A DNA stretch of 28,195 nucleotides, taken from positions 1 to 28,195 of the forward strand of contig JAWOII010000250.1 of NCBI GenBank assembly GCA_046484755.1, in the 5' to 3' direction. The notes under the pieces were generated by a model. That model saw nothing but the letters and a program-made list of their open reading frames with translations, was not told the origin of the DNA and made no database searches. A program made the translations under genes and the position numbers. Of this stretch, positions 6,217 through 18,147 are shown piece by piece (the stretch's first letter is position 1; each line of letters opens with the position of its first letter). The stretch comes from Enhygromyxa sp. GTDB lineage: Bacteria > Myxococcota_A > Polyangia > Nannocystales > Nannocystaceae.

Positions 6217-8706
6217 TCAGTCGACCTTCACCGGCCGCCCGTTGGCCCCCTCGCCTCCCACTGCGATCTCCGGCCCGAGCACCTGCGCGAGCTTGGTGCC
6301 GCGCAGCAACCTCGCGAGCACCTCCGAGACGCTCTCGCCCCCGAGGATCGCCAGCGGGGCCATGCTCTCGGCCATCTTCTCGGCCAGGGCTTTATCACCG
6401 AACGCTTGCAACGCGGCGATCAGATCGGGCGAGACGGCGCCGGCCTTGTCGACGACGGCCTTGACCTCGGCCTCGAGCTCGCGCAGGCGCTGGGCGAGCT
6501 CGCGATCGCCGAGCTCGAGGTCGGTCTCGGCGGTCCGGCGGCGGCGAGCGAGCTTGGCGTCGTGGACGGCGTCGGTGGTGGCTTGCTCGGCTTGCTCGGC
6601 GTCGAGTCGACGCTTGCGGCTGTCGACCTCGGCGTCGATCTTGGCGACGTCGTAGTCGTGGACCGCGTCGATCTCGGCCCGCTGCAAGGCCAGCTGCTTT
6701 TGCCTGGTCGCGGCCTCGATCGCGGCGATCTCTTGCTTGATGGTCTCGCGCTCGCGGGTCTGATCGAGCCGGCGGCGCTCAGCCTCGAGGGTCAGGTTTT
6801 GCTGGACCACGGCGTGCTGGGTGTCGATCAGCAGCCGGGCGATCTCGGCGTCGCCGATCTCGACGTCGAGGACCTCGACGTCATAGACCCGCATGCCGTT
6901 CTCCTCGAAGTTTCGGCCGGGGCGCTTGCCGTCCTCGTTTTGGGCGCCGAGGACCACGTCGCGGACGACCGAGACCACCTGCGGGTGGAAGCTCTGGACC
7001 GTGCGCTGCTTGATCGCGCCGCGCAGCAGCGAGCGGAGGTGCTCGGTCAGAAATTTTACGTAGTTCTCGACGTTGAACCAGCGCTGCGGATCGCCCTCGA
7101 AGTTGACCCGGTAAGACAGCCGGATCCGGACCGAGACCAGGTCCGCGGTCTCGGCCTCGACGAGATCCGAGACCTTGTTGTAGAGCACCCGCAGGTAGGC
7201 GGTGCGCTCGAGCTGGGCGTCGGACTTGGGCGTGCCGGTCGAGAGCTCGGCCGGCTGCAGGACCTCGTCGTACTCGAGCATGTGGGTGGCCGGGCCGACC
7301 ACGACCTTGCGCTCGCCGGTCTTGCTGACCACCAGCACCGCGTAGCCGGTCCAGACCGCGATGCACACGGCCCCGTCGTAGCGGGTGTCGAGCACGATCG
7401 TCCGCGGCTGGGTGAAGCTCTGCCCGCGGTTGAAGTCGTCGCCCGCGTAAGTCGAGCTGGCCTCCTCCTCCTGCTCCTGCTTCTTCTTCTTCCTGGCCCG
7501 CTCCTGCTTGTGCGCGCGAAGCTCGAGCTCCTCGTTGGCGATGTAGTCGCTCTTGCCCTCCTGCAGGGCGGCCAGCCGGCGGTTGTGCTCGAGCGCGTCT
7601 TGGTTGCCGGGGAACCACAGCTTGACGTGGCGGGGATCGAGGATCCGCCGGACGATCACCTCGCGCCGGGGATCGGGCAGGAAGATCGAGGGGCCGCGCT
7701 CGAGCCGAATCTGCCCGGTGTGGCGGTCGAGCACGTAGCGGGCCTCGCCGGCCGGAATCGCGACCCCGTAGCTGATGGTCTGCTGCCCGTACTTGATGAT
7801 CGCGTGCTCGGGCCGGGGGAAGTAGATCATTTGATCCTTCCCGGTGATGAACAGCTCGTCGCCGACGTTGTAGCTGTTGCCCTTGCCGTCCTCGTAGGGG
7901 GCGATGACCTTGATGTAGATGCCGCTGTTTTCGTTGAGCTCGATCGCCCGGAATTTGTTGGCGCCCTCGCGCTCGACGAAGGTCTCGGTCGGCTGCGGGA
8001 ACACGACCGCGGGGCCCTGCAAATAGGTCTTGTTGCCGTTTTCGTCGAGCAGGATGCAGTACTCGAGGCGCTCGAGGGTCACGGCCTCGCGCACGAACTC
8101 GCCGTCGTCGTTGGGGACGACCTCGATGCCGGTCGAGGGGATGTAGAAGCTGACGTCGGTGCCCTTGATGACCAGCTGCTTGCCCATGGTCAGGTCGGGC
8201 GGCTCGACCTCGAGCGCGCCCTCTTCGGCCGAGCCCTGCCGCTTGATCACCGCCCGCTCCCAGTTGGCCTTGGCGGCTTCTTCGTCGTAGACGCGGACGA
8301 TCAGGTACTGATTGGAGCGCAGGTTGTGGCCCTGGATGACCCGGACCATCTGCCCGGGCCACAGCGCGAAGGCGGCCGGCCCGGGGAGGTTGACCTTGCG
8401 GCCGATCTCGAGCTCGATGAGGTTGTTGATCGCCCCGGTCTTGGGGTGCGAGCTGTCCTTGGCGGGGTTCTTGAGGACCAGGTACCAGCCGACCGGCGCG
8501 ACCGCGAAGCTGCGGGTTGCGGCCTCGAGCGAGCACTTCTCGAAGCGCTTGTTCTCGGCGTTGAAGACGACCGGCTGATCGGTGTTGGCGAGGCTGGTCT
8601 TGTACGGACCGATGTAGGCGTTGATGTTGCCCTTGGTCTCGTCGGCGATGAAGGCGTACTCGTTGGGGGCGAGGATCAGGTCTCGTTCACGGGCGCGGTC
8701 GGACAT
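6217..8706 (-). CDS. major vault protein (MVP)-like protein: vault repeats, SPFH-like shoulder, long coiled-coil cap-helix; 829 aa
   Basis: N-terminus [39 protein letters not shown] matches the MVP repeat-1 pattern [63 protein letters not shown] parallels MVP [32 protein letters not shown]. Shoulder segment [35 protein letters not shown] parallels MVP [35 protein letters not shown]. A long Ala/Glu/Arg-rich coiled coil (about 200 aa) at the C-terminus resembles the MVP cap-helix. Contains a K/E-rich low-complexity insert encoded by the ctcctcctc/cttcttctt tract at 7462-7497. RBS ggag 9 nt upstream of the ATG (8704-8706). Confidence 0.7.
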   Translation of the reverse strand: [829 protein letters not shown]

Positions 8707-8772
8707 GCGGGAGGCTCCTGCGAGAAGACAGGATACGGGTTTGCCGAGCCGGCGGATCGGCGAAGCGGTGAT

Positions 8773-10074
8773 TCAATGAAACAGCAGGTGAATGCCCGCA
8801 TCCGAGCTGTAGACGACCTTGGAGGAGTGCGGGTGGCTGGCTTCGAGGGCGACGAAGTGGAGATCGGGGGCCGCGACCCCGAGCTTGCGGGTCCACAGCT
8901 CCTGGAAGTTGATGAAGCGCTCGTAGCGAGAGCGACCCTCGAGCTGGGACCTGCAGTTCTCGGGGAAGGTGTTCTCGTGATCGGTGGCGGCCTGGATGTG
9001 CCAGACCTCGCGCGAGGCGTACATGAGGATCAGCGCCTGGCGAGCGGCGCGGTTCCAGATCGCGCTGCCGGGGTTGCGCAGGGCCTTGCGGGCGAGGGCC
9101 CGATCATGGGGGCGCAGGTAGTGGTCGATCGCGTAGTTGGCCGCGCGGACCGGACGATCGCTCTTGGCCTTGCTCAGATTGCCGAGGCCGTAGCCCCAGT
9201 CATCCCAGCCCTTGCAGCCTTGCGGGTTGATCCACCGCCAGCTTTGGATGTCGCCGCGCCCGGGTCCGGGCGGGACCGAGCCGCGCCCGGGCGGGGTCTT
9301 GCGCTGAGGAAGCGGAAAGGCATAGCTGCCGCCGTTGGCCGGCATGTACCGGACCCGGATGCCGGCAGCGGCGAGCTGCTCGTGCACGCCGACGCCCATC
9401 CACACGTAGCGGTGCACGAACTGGCCGCCGGCGGAGTGGCCAGTGATGACGATGTCCTCGAGGTTGGGGAACTTGACGACCGCGGCCCGGAGGAACTCGT
9501 CGAGGACGTCGAATGACGAGACCGACTCGGCCTTGACGATGCCTGACATCGCCTCGCGGTACTCGGCGACGGTGCCGAGCGGATAGGAGGCGCGAGTCCA
9601 GCTCCACACCCGCGGATCGTCGTCGGTGTAGGGCTGCCACTCGTCGGTCCGCTGGAAGGTCGGGGCGATGATCGCGTAGCGCTCGGGGTCGACGCTGGGG
9701 TCGAGCTTCTGGGCCCGGCGCAGGGCGTAGAGGACGTTGCGCAGCTGATAGAGGCCAGGCGGCTCGTCGAGCCGGGCGAGGAGGTCGGCGTCGGGGCCGT
9801 AGACGCCGTGGACGACGAAGATCATCCGCGTGACCTTGGGATCGGGGCGGCCGTCGAGCTCGCTGCCGGGGTCGCAGTGGTAAGGCATGCGCCCCTTGAA
9901 GTGCTCGGCGTGGGCCCAGCGACGAAACTTGAGGTAGGTCTGCACGCACTCGTCGGGCTGACAGCGCTGCAGCTCCTCGACGGGCTTGTAGCGAGGCGGT
10001 CCGGCGTTGCGCCCGGCGCAGCCGAGCAGCGTCCAGAGCAGGCACCAAAGCAGCCACTGCGAGCGGCCGAGCAT
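8773..10074 (-). CDS. lipoprotein, alpha/beta-hydrolase fold (GHSAGG nucleophile elbow)
   Basis: Start chosen at [19 protein letters not shown], a signal peptide with lipobox LLGC. The longer track ORF adds an Arg-rich extension that overlaps fdh[15 protein letters not shown] is a G-x-S-x-G motif. Lies 66 bp upstream of the MVP-like gene on the same strand, so it may be co-transcribed. Confidence 0.55.
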   Translation of the reverse strand: MLGRSQWLLWCLLWTLLGCAGRNAGPPRYKPVEELQRCQPDECVQTYLKFRRWAHAEHFKGRMPYHCDPGSELDGRPDPKVTRMIFVVHGVYGPDADLLARLDEPPGLYQLRNVLYALRRAQKLDPSVDPERYAIIAPTFQRTDEWQPYTDDDPRVWSWTRASYPLGTVAEYREAMSGIVKAESVSSFDVLDEFLRAAVVKFPNLEDIVITGHSAGGQFVHRYVWMGVGVHEQLAAAGIRVRYMPANGGSYAFPLPQRKTPPGRGSVPPGPGRGDIQSWRWINPQGCKGWDDWGYGLGNLSKAKSDRPVRAANYAIDHYLRPHDRALARKALRNPGSAIWNRAARQALILMYASREVWHIQAATDHENTFPENCRSQLEGRSRYERFINFQELWTRKLGVAAPDLHFVALEASHPHSSKVVYSSDAGIHLLFH

Positions 10075-10098
10075 CGCGGCGAGTGTACACTCGCCTCG

Positions 10099-10955
<857 letters not shown>

Positions 10956-10959
<4 letters not shown>

Positions 10960-11462
10960 CGCGAGGGGCCTGGATCGCGGCTGCGCTGCTGCTCGGATCG
11001 GCGAGCGGGTGCTGGCCCGGTCGCTGCGGCGGCGCCCTGCGGGGCACGCCGATGGTCGCGTTCACGGGCGAGCACGCGCCCTGTACCGAGGGGCCGAGCT
11101 GCGCCGAGCTCATCTCGCCCGAGCGGGGCTTTCGCCAAAAGGGTGACTACGCGCGGGTCGACGATCCCTCGGTCTTGCTGGCCGAGTCGGGCGTCGACTC
11201 GCGGACTTGGTTTCTGGTCGACGAGCGCGACGCGATCGTGCCGAGCCGCGTCGAGGCGATCCAGCACAGCTCAGCCCACAGCTGCGCGTCGGCGGTAGGC
11301 TTCGAGCTCCGGCCCGACGCGCCGCTCGAGCCGGGGGTCTATCGCCTGGTGTTGCTGGTCGAGCGGGTCCGCTGGCCGCTGCTGCGCGGGAGCGTGGCGC
11401 TGTCGAGCTGGGCGGGCGAGCCGGCGCTCGTGCAGTACTACCGGGTCGAGGCGCCAGGGTAG
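10956..11462 (+). CDS. small hypothetical lipoprotein (168 aa), translationally coupled to fdhD
   Basis: ATG 10956-10958 overlaps the fdhD TGA 10957-10959. N-terminus [19 protein letters not shown] is a signal peptide with lipobox. It is the 3' third of track ORF 10083..11462. Confidence 0.45.
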
Positions 11463-11484
11463 GCTGAACTTCAGGCGTTTCTTG

Positions 11485-11503
11485 GCGAGAGCTTTGCTCT
11501 CGT
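11485..11503 (+). terminator. short hairpin gcgagagc-ttt-gctctcgt between the fdhD operon and the low-GC islet
   Basis: 7-8 bp stem with a triloop, 23 nt after the lipoprotein stop and 16 nt before the GTPase ATG. It could be a terminator or a translational element. No U-tract. Confidence 0.15.
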
Positions 11504-11518
11504 GCGAACCTGTGGCCC

Positions 11519-12346
11519 ATGTCCGATCTCGCTGTCAAGGGGTTGGTTCTCGGCACGGAGGTGGTGAAGTACGTCCGCGACCACCCCCAGACGGTCAACG
11601 CGACGTGGGACATGATCTCGGCGCTGCTCAAGAAGAGAAAGCGGGTGGTCGTCACCGGGATGAAGTGGGCCGGCAAGACGGTCCTCTGCGATTTCCTCAC
11701 GGGGAAGGGATACGAGGAGGGCTACGTGCCACCCGACTCGTCAGTCCGACAGGAGGACGCCCGGATGCCGCGTCCGAAAGGACGCGAGGGCTTCGTGCTC
11801 TCGACGATTCCTGGCGACGACTCGCTCCCCCGGCGAAGCTCCCTGGACGAGCTGCTTGGTGGCGGCGAGACCATCACTGGAGTGATGCACGTGGTGTCGA
11901 ATGGCTTCGTCGCGCCGCGCTCCGGCGTCGCACGCGAGCTCATGGAGCGAGACCACGCCACCGTGGACGAACTCCGAACGGCGATGCTCGATGCCGAGGT
12001 TGAAAACCTGGGAGAGACGCTGCGCGCACTCGAAGCTTACTGGCTGCGGACGAGGCGCCCGCTGTGGCTGCTGATCGTGCTCACCAAGACCGACCTCTGG
12101 TCGCTGACTCAGCGCGAGGTCTTCGAGCATTACACGCGCAAATCCAGGTTTGCGCGTGACCTTTCGGCGCTCCGAGCGCGCATCGGCTCGCTGAATCTCG
12201 ATCTACGGTGGACAGTGGCTGCTACAGTGCAGGAAGACTTCGTCTGGACCAAACGACAGGCGAGGGTGGAGTCCGCGCTCTCCAAGGAACAACGAGATGC
12301 CTACGTACGCCTACTCAGGGCTCAGCTCTACGAGCTCGTCGGTTAA
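11519..12346 (+). CDS. P-loop NTPase, GTPase-like (Walker A GMKWAGKT; [NT]KxD-like LTKTD)
   Basis: VVVTGMKWAGKTVLCDF is a Walker A/G1 motif. WLLIVLTKTDLW is a hydrophobic strand followed by a TKxD G4-like motif. The gene has lower GC (about 62%) than its flanks (about 72%). Confidence 0.55.
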   Translation: MSDLAVKGLVLGTEVVKYVRDHPQTVNATWDMISALLKKRKRVVVTGMKWAGKTVLCDFLTGKGYEEGYVPPDSSVRQEDARMPRPKGREGFVLSTIPGDDSLPRRSSLDELLGGGETITGVMHVVSNGFVAPRSGVARELMERDHATVDELRTAMLDAEVENLGETLRALEAYWLRTRRPLWLLIVLTKTDLWSLTQREVFEHYTRKSRFARDLSALRARIGSLNLDLRWTVAATVQEDFVWTKRQARVESALSKEQRDAYVRLLRAQLYELVG

Positions 12347-12812
12347 GCCGCAAGACGAGCGCCTCGACGCTCGTGAAGGCCCCGACGACCTTCTCGACGA
12401 TGGTCGCTCAGCGGCTTTGCAGCTTGCCGATTTCGAGAAAGTCGTCGATCGGCTACTTGGAGAACACGAAAAGTTCGAAGCACAGCGCGTTCGAGCATAC
12501 ACGCAGTTGGCATATGCCGTTGCCGTCATCTTCTTCTTGACTATCGCGTTTGTATTCTCGACTCGCACATCCACCGCAAACACCGCGCACCTCACCATTG
12601 CCAGTTTCGTGCTGGCCCTTGGGTCTATCATTCTAATGGTCTGGACTGTGTTCCGAAGCTTCCGGAACCAACAGCGCACCCACGAAGAACTGGCCGAACT
12701 CGTGCGAGAAATCGCACCAGCCTTCATGCCCAAATTATCTCCCATCCGCCGCGCCGAAATCAAGATCCGACTCTCCAACATCGGAATCTACGACCCCCTG
12801 AAATACCGCTGA
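12297..12812 (+). CDS. small membrane protein: cytoplasmic N-terminal region plus 2 predicted TM helices
   Basis: Hydrophobic segments AYAVAVIFFLTIAFVF and LTIASFVLALGSIILMVWTVF. GC is only about 53-55%. The ATG at 12297 overlaps the end of the GTPase gene by 50 nt in another frame, so the true start may be an in-frame non-ATG start downstream. Confidence 0.45.
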   Translation: MPTYAYSGLSSTSSSVKPQDERLDAREGPDDLLDDGRSAALQLADFEKVVDRLLGEHEKFEAQRVRAYTQLAYAVAVIFFLTIAFVFSTRTSTANTAHLTIASFVLALGSIILMVWTVFRSFRNQQRTHEELAELVREIAPAFMPKLSPIRRAEIKIRLSNIGIYDPLKYR

Positions 12813-12814
12813 CG

Positions 12815-13576
12815 TCAATCCACGACCACGAAGCTCGTGAACCGCTCGGTCACCCGCAGCTGCCCCTCGGGAGCATCCTTCACGCCGCCTTCGTGGCCGA
12901 AGTTCACGACCTGCCGGCGCTCGATCGGCAGCCCGCGCTCGTCGAGCCACAAGGTCGCGCGCCCGACCGGGCGCTTGCTCACGGTGATCTGAAACTCGAG
13001 CGGCCGGGCCTCGCCGGTGCCGAACACCTCGGGCGGACCGAGCTGCGGCTCGATGACCTGGATCCACTCGGCCACGCCGCCGTCGGCGTGATCGGGCGGG
13101 CGGCCGGCGACCAGCATCGCGAGGTTGTGGAGCAAGCCCTGGCGGGTGAGGCCGACGACCACGGCCTCGATCAGCGCGGGCGGGCGCGGGCCGGTCCAGC
13201 GCGACTCGCCGGCGCCGAGGACCTCGAGGGTCTGGGCGTCGCCGCGCAGCTCGAGCTGCTGGGGCTCACCGTTGAACTCACCGCTGACGGTCCACGCCAG
13301 CGCGGCGTCGCGCTCCCAGACCAGCTTGCCCTCGAGCTGCGACACCACCGCGCCCTCGGACTCGATCACGAACGCGATCTCGACCCGCGCGGCGGCTTGC
13401 AGGCGCCGCTCGAGATCGGTCAGGGTCCGCACCGCCCAGGCGTCGGCTTGCTTGGGCTCGGCTTCGGCTTCGACGGGCGTGGCCGGCTCGCCCGAGAGGG
13501 TCTCGCCCGAGGTCGCGCACGCGAGCGCGAGCGTGGTCGCAGCGAGCAGGGCCAGCGTCACTGATCGGCGGAGCAT
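12815..13576 (-). CDS. hypothetical lipoprotein (253 aa)
   Basis: Internal ATG (13574-13576) of the 1003-aa track ORF. N-terminus MLRRSVTLALLAATTLALAC is a signal peptide with lipobox LALAC. The remainder of that ORF is antisense to gene 13667..15727. Its stop at 12815-12817 lies 2 nt from the convergent stop at 12812. Confidence 0.55.
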   Translation of the reverse strand: MLRRSVTLALLAATTLALACATSGETLSGEPATPVEAEAEPKQADAWAVRTLTDLERRLQAAARVEIAFVIESEGAVVSQLEGKLVWERDAALAWTVSGEFNGEPQQLELRGDAQTLEVLGAGESRWTGPRPPALIEAVVVGLTRQGLLHNLAMLVAGRPPDHADGGVAEWIQVIEPQLGPPEVFGTGEARPLEFQITVSKRPVGRATLWLDERGLPIERRQVVNFGHEGGVKDAPEGQLRVTERFTSFVVVD

Positions 13577-13666
13577 CGCCCGAATGATCCCCGGGCGGTC
13601 ACCGTTGTACAACCCGCCCGTCCGGCAATCGCTTCGTGTATCCTCGGCCGAACCCTGGAGCTCACG

Positions 13667-15727
13667 ATGAAGCGCTTGACCCTGTTGATGACCCCTGCTT
13701 TGGCCTTGTCTCTCGCCGCGACGACCGGCTGCAACGACGACGCGCCCGCTGACGAGAACACCAGCGAGACCGGTGACGGCGACGGTGACGGTGACGGCGA
13801 CGGCGACGGTGACGGCGACGGCGACGGTGACGGTGACGGTGACGGTGACGGCGACGGCGAGGAAGACCCGCCGGCCGAGGTCTCGTGGCCGACCCTCGAT
13901 TGCGACCCGCTGGTGCCGGACTACTGCCTGTTCCCCTACCCCAGCAACGTGTTCACGGCCGACGATCCCGGCTCGCCCACCGGCCGCCGCCTGGCCCTGA
14001 GCAGCGAGCGGCTGCCGAGCAAGAACAACAACGAGATGGACGCGACGGTCTTCAACGAGGCCGACGGCTTCTCGGCAGGACTGGCGGCGATGACCTACCT
14101 GCCGGGCGCGACCACCTCCGGGCTGCCGACCTGGCAGGACCTCGACGCCTCGCTCGCCGCCGACTCGCCGACCGTGATGATCAACGCCGAGACCGGCGAG
14201 CGCGTGCCTCACTTCTCGGAGATCGACGTCTCGCTGGCCGGGGCCAACAAGAACGCGCTGATGGTCCGCCCGGTCGTTCGGCTCGACGACAACACCCGCT
14301 ACATCGTCGCGATCCGCAACGTCGTCGACCAAAACGGCGAGGTGATCCCGGCCAGCCCCGGGTTCGCGGCGCTGCGCGACCTGACCCCGAGCGACGACCA
14401 GAGCATCGAGGAGCGGCGCCCGCTCTACACCGACATCTTCGCGCGCCTCGCCGACGCCGGGGTCGAGCGCGGCTCGCTGCAGATCGCCTGGGACTTCACG
14501 ACCGCGAGCCTCGACAACAACACCGGGGATCTGCTCCACATGCGCGACGACGCGCTGTCCATGTACACGCCCGAGGCGGGACCGACCTTCACGATCACCA
14601 CGGTCGACGAGGACTGGAACACCGACCACATCGCCTACCGGATCGAGGGCATGATCGAGGTCCCGCTCTACCTCGATGATCCCGGCCCCGGCGGGCACAT
14701 CGTCTATGGTGACGACGGGCTGCCCGAGTACCAGGGCACCGCCGAGTTCCCGTTTTACATGCTGATCCCCAACAGCGCCCTGGATACTCCCGCGCAGCTG
14801 TTGCAGTACGGCCACGGCCTGCTCGGCAGCGCGTCGGAGATGTACACCGGCCACATGCGCTCGTTCATCGACGAGTACAACTACATCCTGTTTGCGGTCG
14901 ACTGGATCGGGATGTCGCAGTACGACGCCCTCAACATCGCGTCGATGCTCACCACCGGCGAGATGCACCGCTTCGAGGACGTCAGCGATCGCCTCCAGCA
15001 GGGCCTGGTCAATTTCGTGGTCGCGACCCGGATGATGAAGACCAGCATGGCCGACCATCCGGACTACGGCTCGTTCATCGATCCCAGCGCCGCCCACTAC
15101 CTCGGCATCAGCCAAGGCGGGATCTTCGGCGGGACCTTCATGGCGATCTCGCAGGACGTCGAGCGCGGCTGCCTTGGCGTGTACGGCCAGCCCTACAACA
15201 TCCTGCTCAACCGCAGCGTCGACTTCGATCAGTACTTCGCGCTGCTCCAGCAGGGCTTTAGCGACTCGCGCGACCTGCAGATGATCCTCGCGCTGATCCA
15301 GGGCCTGTGGGACCACGCCGAGCCCAACGGCTACACCCACAAGATCAGCCAGGACATGTTCCCTGACACGCCCGAGCACGCGGTGCTGATGCGCGCGGCG
15401 CTTGGCGATCACCAGGTCACCACCCTCGGCGCTCACATCGGCGCCCGGGCGGTCGGGGCCAAGCACCTCGACACCGGCGTCCGCGAGGTCTGGGGGCTCG
15501 AGCAAGTCAGCGATCAAAACGAAGGCAGCACCTACGTCGAGTGGGACTTCGGCCTGCCCGAGGATCCGCTCGAGAACGTCCCGCAGGAGGCCTGCGCAGA
15601 TCCCCACGGCAAGCTCCGCCACCTCGAGGAGGCGCGGATGCAGCTCGACACCTTCTTCCAGACCGGGGTCGTGCAAAACTACTGCACCAACGGGACCTGC
15701 TCGTTCCCCGACATGAGCGGGTGCTGA
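13667..15727 (+). CDS. secreted lipoprotein, alpha/beta hydrolase (GISQGG nucleophile motif) with an N-terminal (Gly-Asp)n linker
   Basis: MKRLTLLMTPALALSLAATTGC is a signal peptide with lipobox. G-x-S-x-G appears in HYLGISQGGIFGG. RBS ggag 7 nt upstream of the ATG. The (GD)n tract is encoded by a hexanucleotide repeat. Confidence 0.65.
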   Translation: MKRLTLLMTPALALSLAATTGCNDDAPADENTSETGDGDGDGDGDGDGDGDGDGDGDGDGDGDGEEDPPAEVSWPTLDCDPLVPDYCLFPYPSNVFTADDPGSPTGRRLALSSERLPSKNNNEMDATVFNEADGFSAGLAAMTYLPGATTSGLPTWQDLDASLAADSPTVMINAETGERVPHFSEIDVSLAGANKNALMVRPVVRLDDNTRYIVAIRNVVDQNGEVIPASPGFAALRDLTPSDDQSIEERRPLYTDIFARLADAGVERGSLQIAWDFTTASLDNNTGDLLHMRDDALSMYTPEAGPTFTITTVDEDWNTDHIAYRIEGMIEVPLYLDDPGPGGHIVYGDDGLPEYQGTAEFPFYMLIPNSALDTPAQLLQYGHGLLGSASEMYTGHMRSFIDEYNYILFAVDWIGMSQYDALNIASMLTTGEMHRFEDVSDRLQQGLVNFVVATRMMKTSMADHPDYGSFIDPSAAHYLGISQGGIFGGTFMAISQDVERGCLGVYGQPYNILLNRSVDFDQYFALLQQGFSDSRDLQMILALIQGLWDHAEPNGYTHKISQDMFPDTPEHAVLMRAALGDHQVTTLGAHIGARAVGAKHLDTGVREVWGLEQVSDQNEGSTYVEWDFGLPEDPLENVPQEACADPHGKLRHLEEARMQLDTFFQTGVVQNYCTNGTCSFPDMSGC
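13772..13859 (+). repeat. in-frame hexanucleotide microsatellite (ggYgac)n, about 14.5 units, encoding (Gly-Asp)n
   Basis: ggtgacggcgacggtgacggtgacggcgac... read directly from the sequence. It generates the spurious VTVTVT ORF (13773..14000) in another frame and VAVAVT on the minus strand. Confidence 0.85.
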
Positions 15728-15902
15728 GCTGCTGAGCTCTCGCTCGAGAGGCTGCGGCCGCGCTGCTTGGCGCGGCCGCAGTCGCGAGCGGAGCTCGCCA
15801 ATCGCAAGGACGGGGATCGTCCCCACCCGTCGAGCTTGGATTGCCGCGTTGCCTCACCGATCGAGGACGAGTTCGCTCGCCCTGGGCCGGATCCGGCGGT
15901 CT

Positions 15903-18035
<2,133 letters not shown>

Positions 18036-18045
18036 GCGTCGCCGG

Positions 18046-18067
18046 GCGCCGAGCCCTTGCTCGGCGC
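18046..18067 (+). terminator. perfect 9-bp GC hairpin (gcgccgagc-cctt-gctcggcgc) 11 nt after the metalloprotease stop, followed by tandem gctcggc heptamers
   Basis: Stem 18046-18054 and 18059-18067 with loop cctt. No U-tract, which is common in high-GC genomes. The direct repeat gctcggc x3-4 continues to about 18084. Confidence 0.35.
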
Positions 18068-18147
18068 TCGGCGCTCGGCGCTCGCGCGTCGCGGCCTGGA
18101 ACGGAGAATGCACGTGTTCATGGTGACGAAGCCCGAAAGGACCAATC

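Noticed and set aside
6205-9516. 1103-aa plus-strand ORF, plus the nested 6881..8536 and 9200..10090 minus-strand ORFs
   Set aside because: Antisense or out-of-frame to the MVP-like and hydrolase genes. Their translations are low-complexity and Arg/Gly/Leu/Asp-rich (LLLLLLLLLL, RRRR runs), the typical high-GC artefact.
13772-13859. Tandem repeats at 13772-13859, 16016-16048, 20985-21073 and 25354-25494 as a possible CRISPR array
   Set aside because: The units are 6-21 bp and contiguous with no spacers. All are in-frame within convincing CDSs and encode low-complexity linkers. They are not CRISPR.
13577-15826. Upstream 750 aa of the 1003-aa minus-strand ORF 12815..15826
   Set aside because: Antisense to the well-supported secreted hydrolase gene 13667..15727. 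Only the 3' 253 codons, which have their own ATG, signal peptide and lipobox, look real. The translation includes VTVTVTVAVAV from the GD microsatellite.
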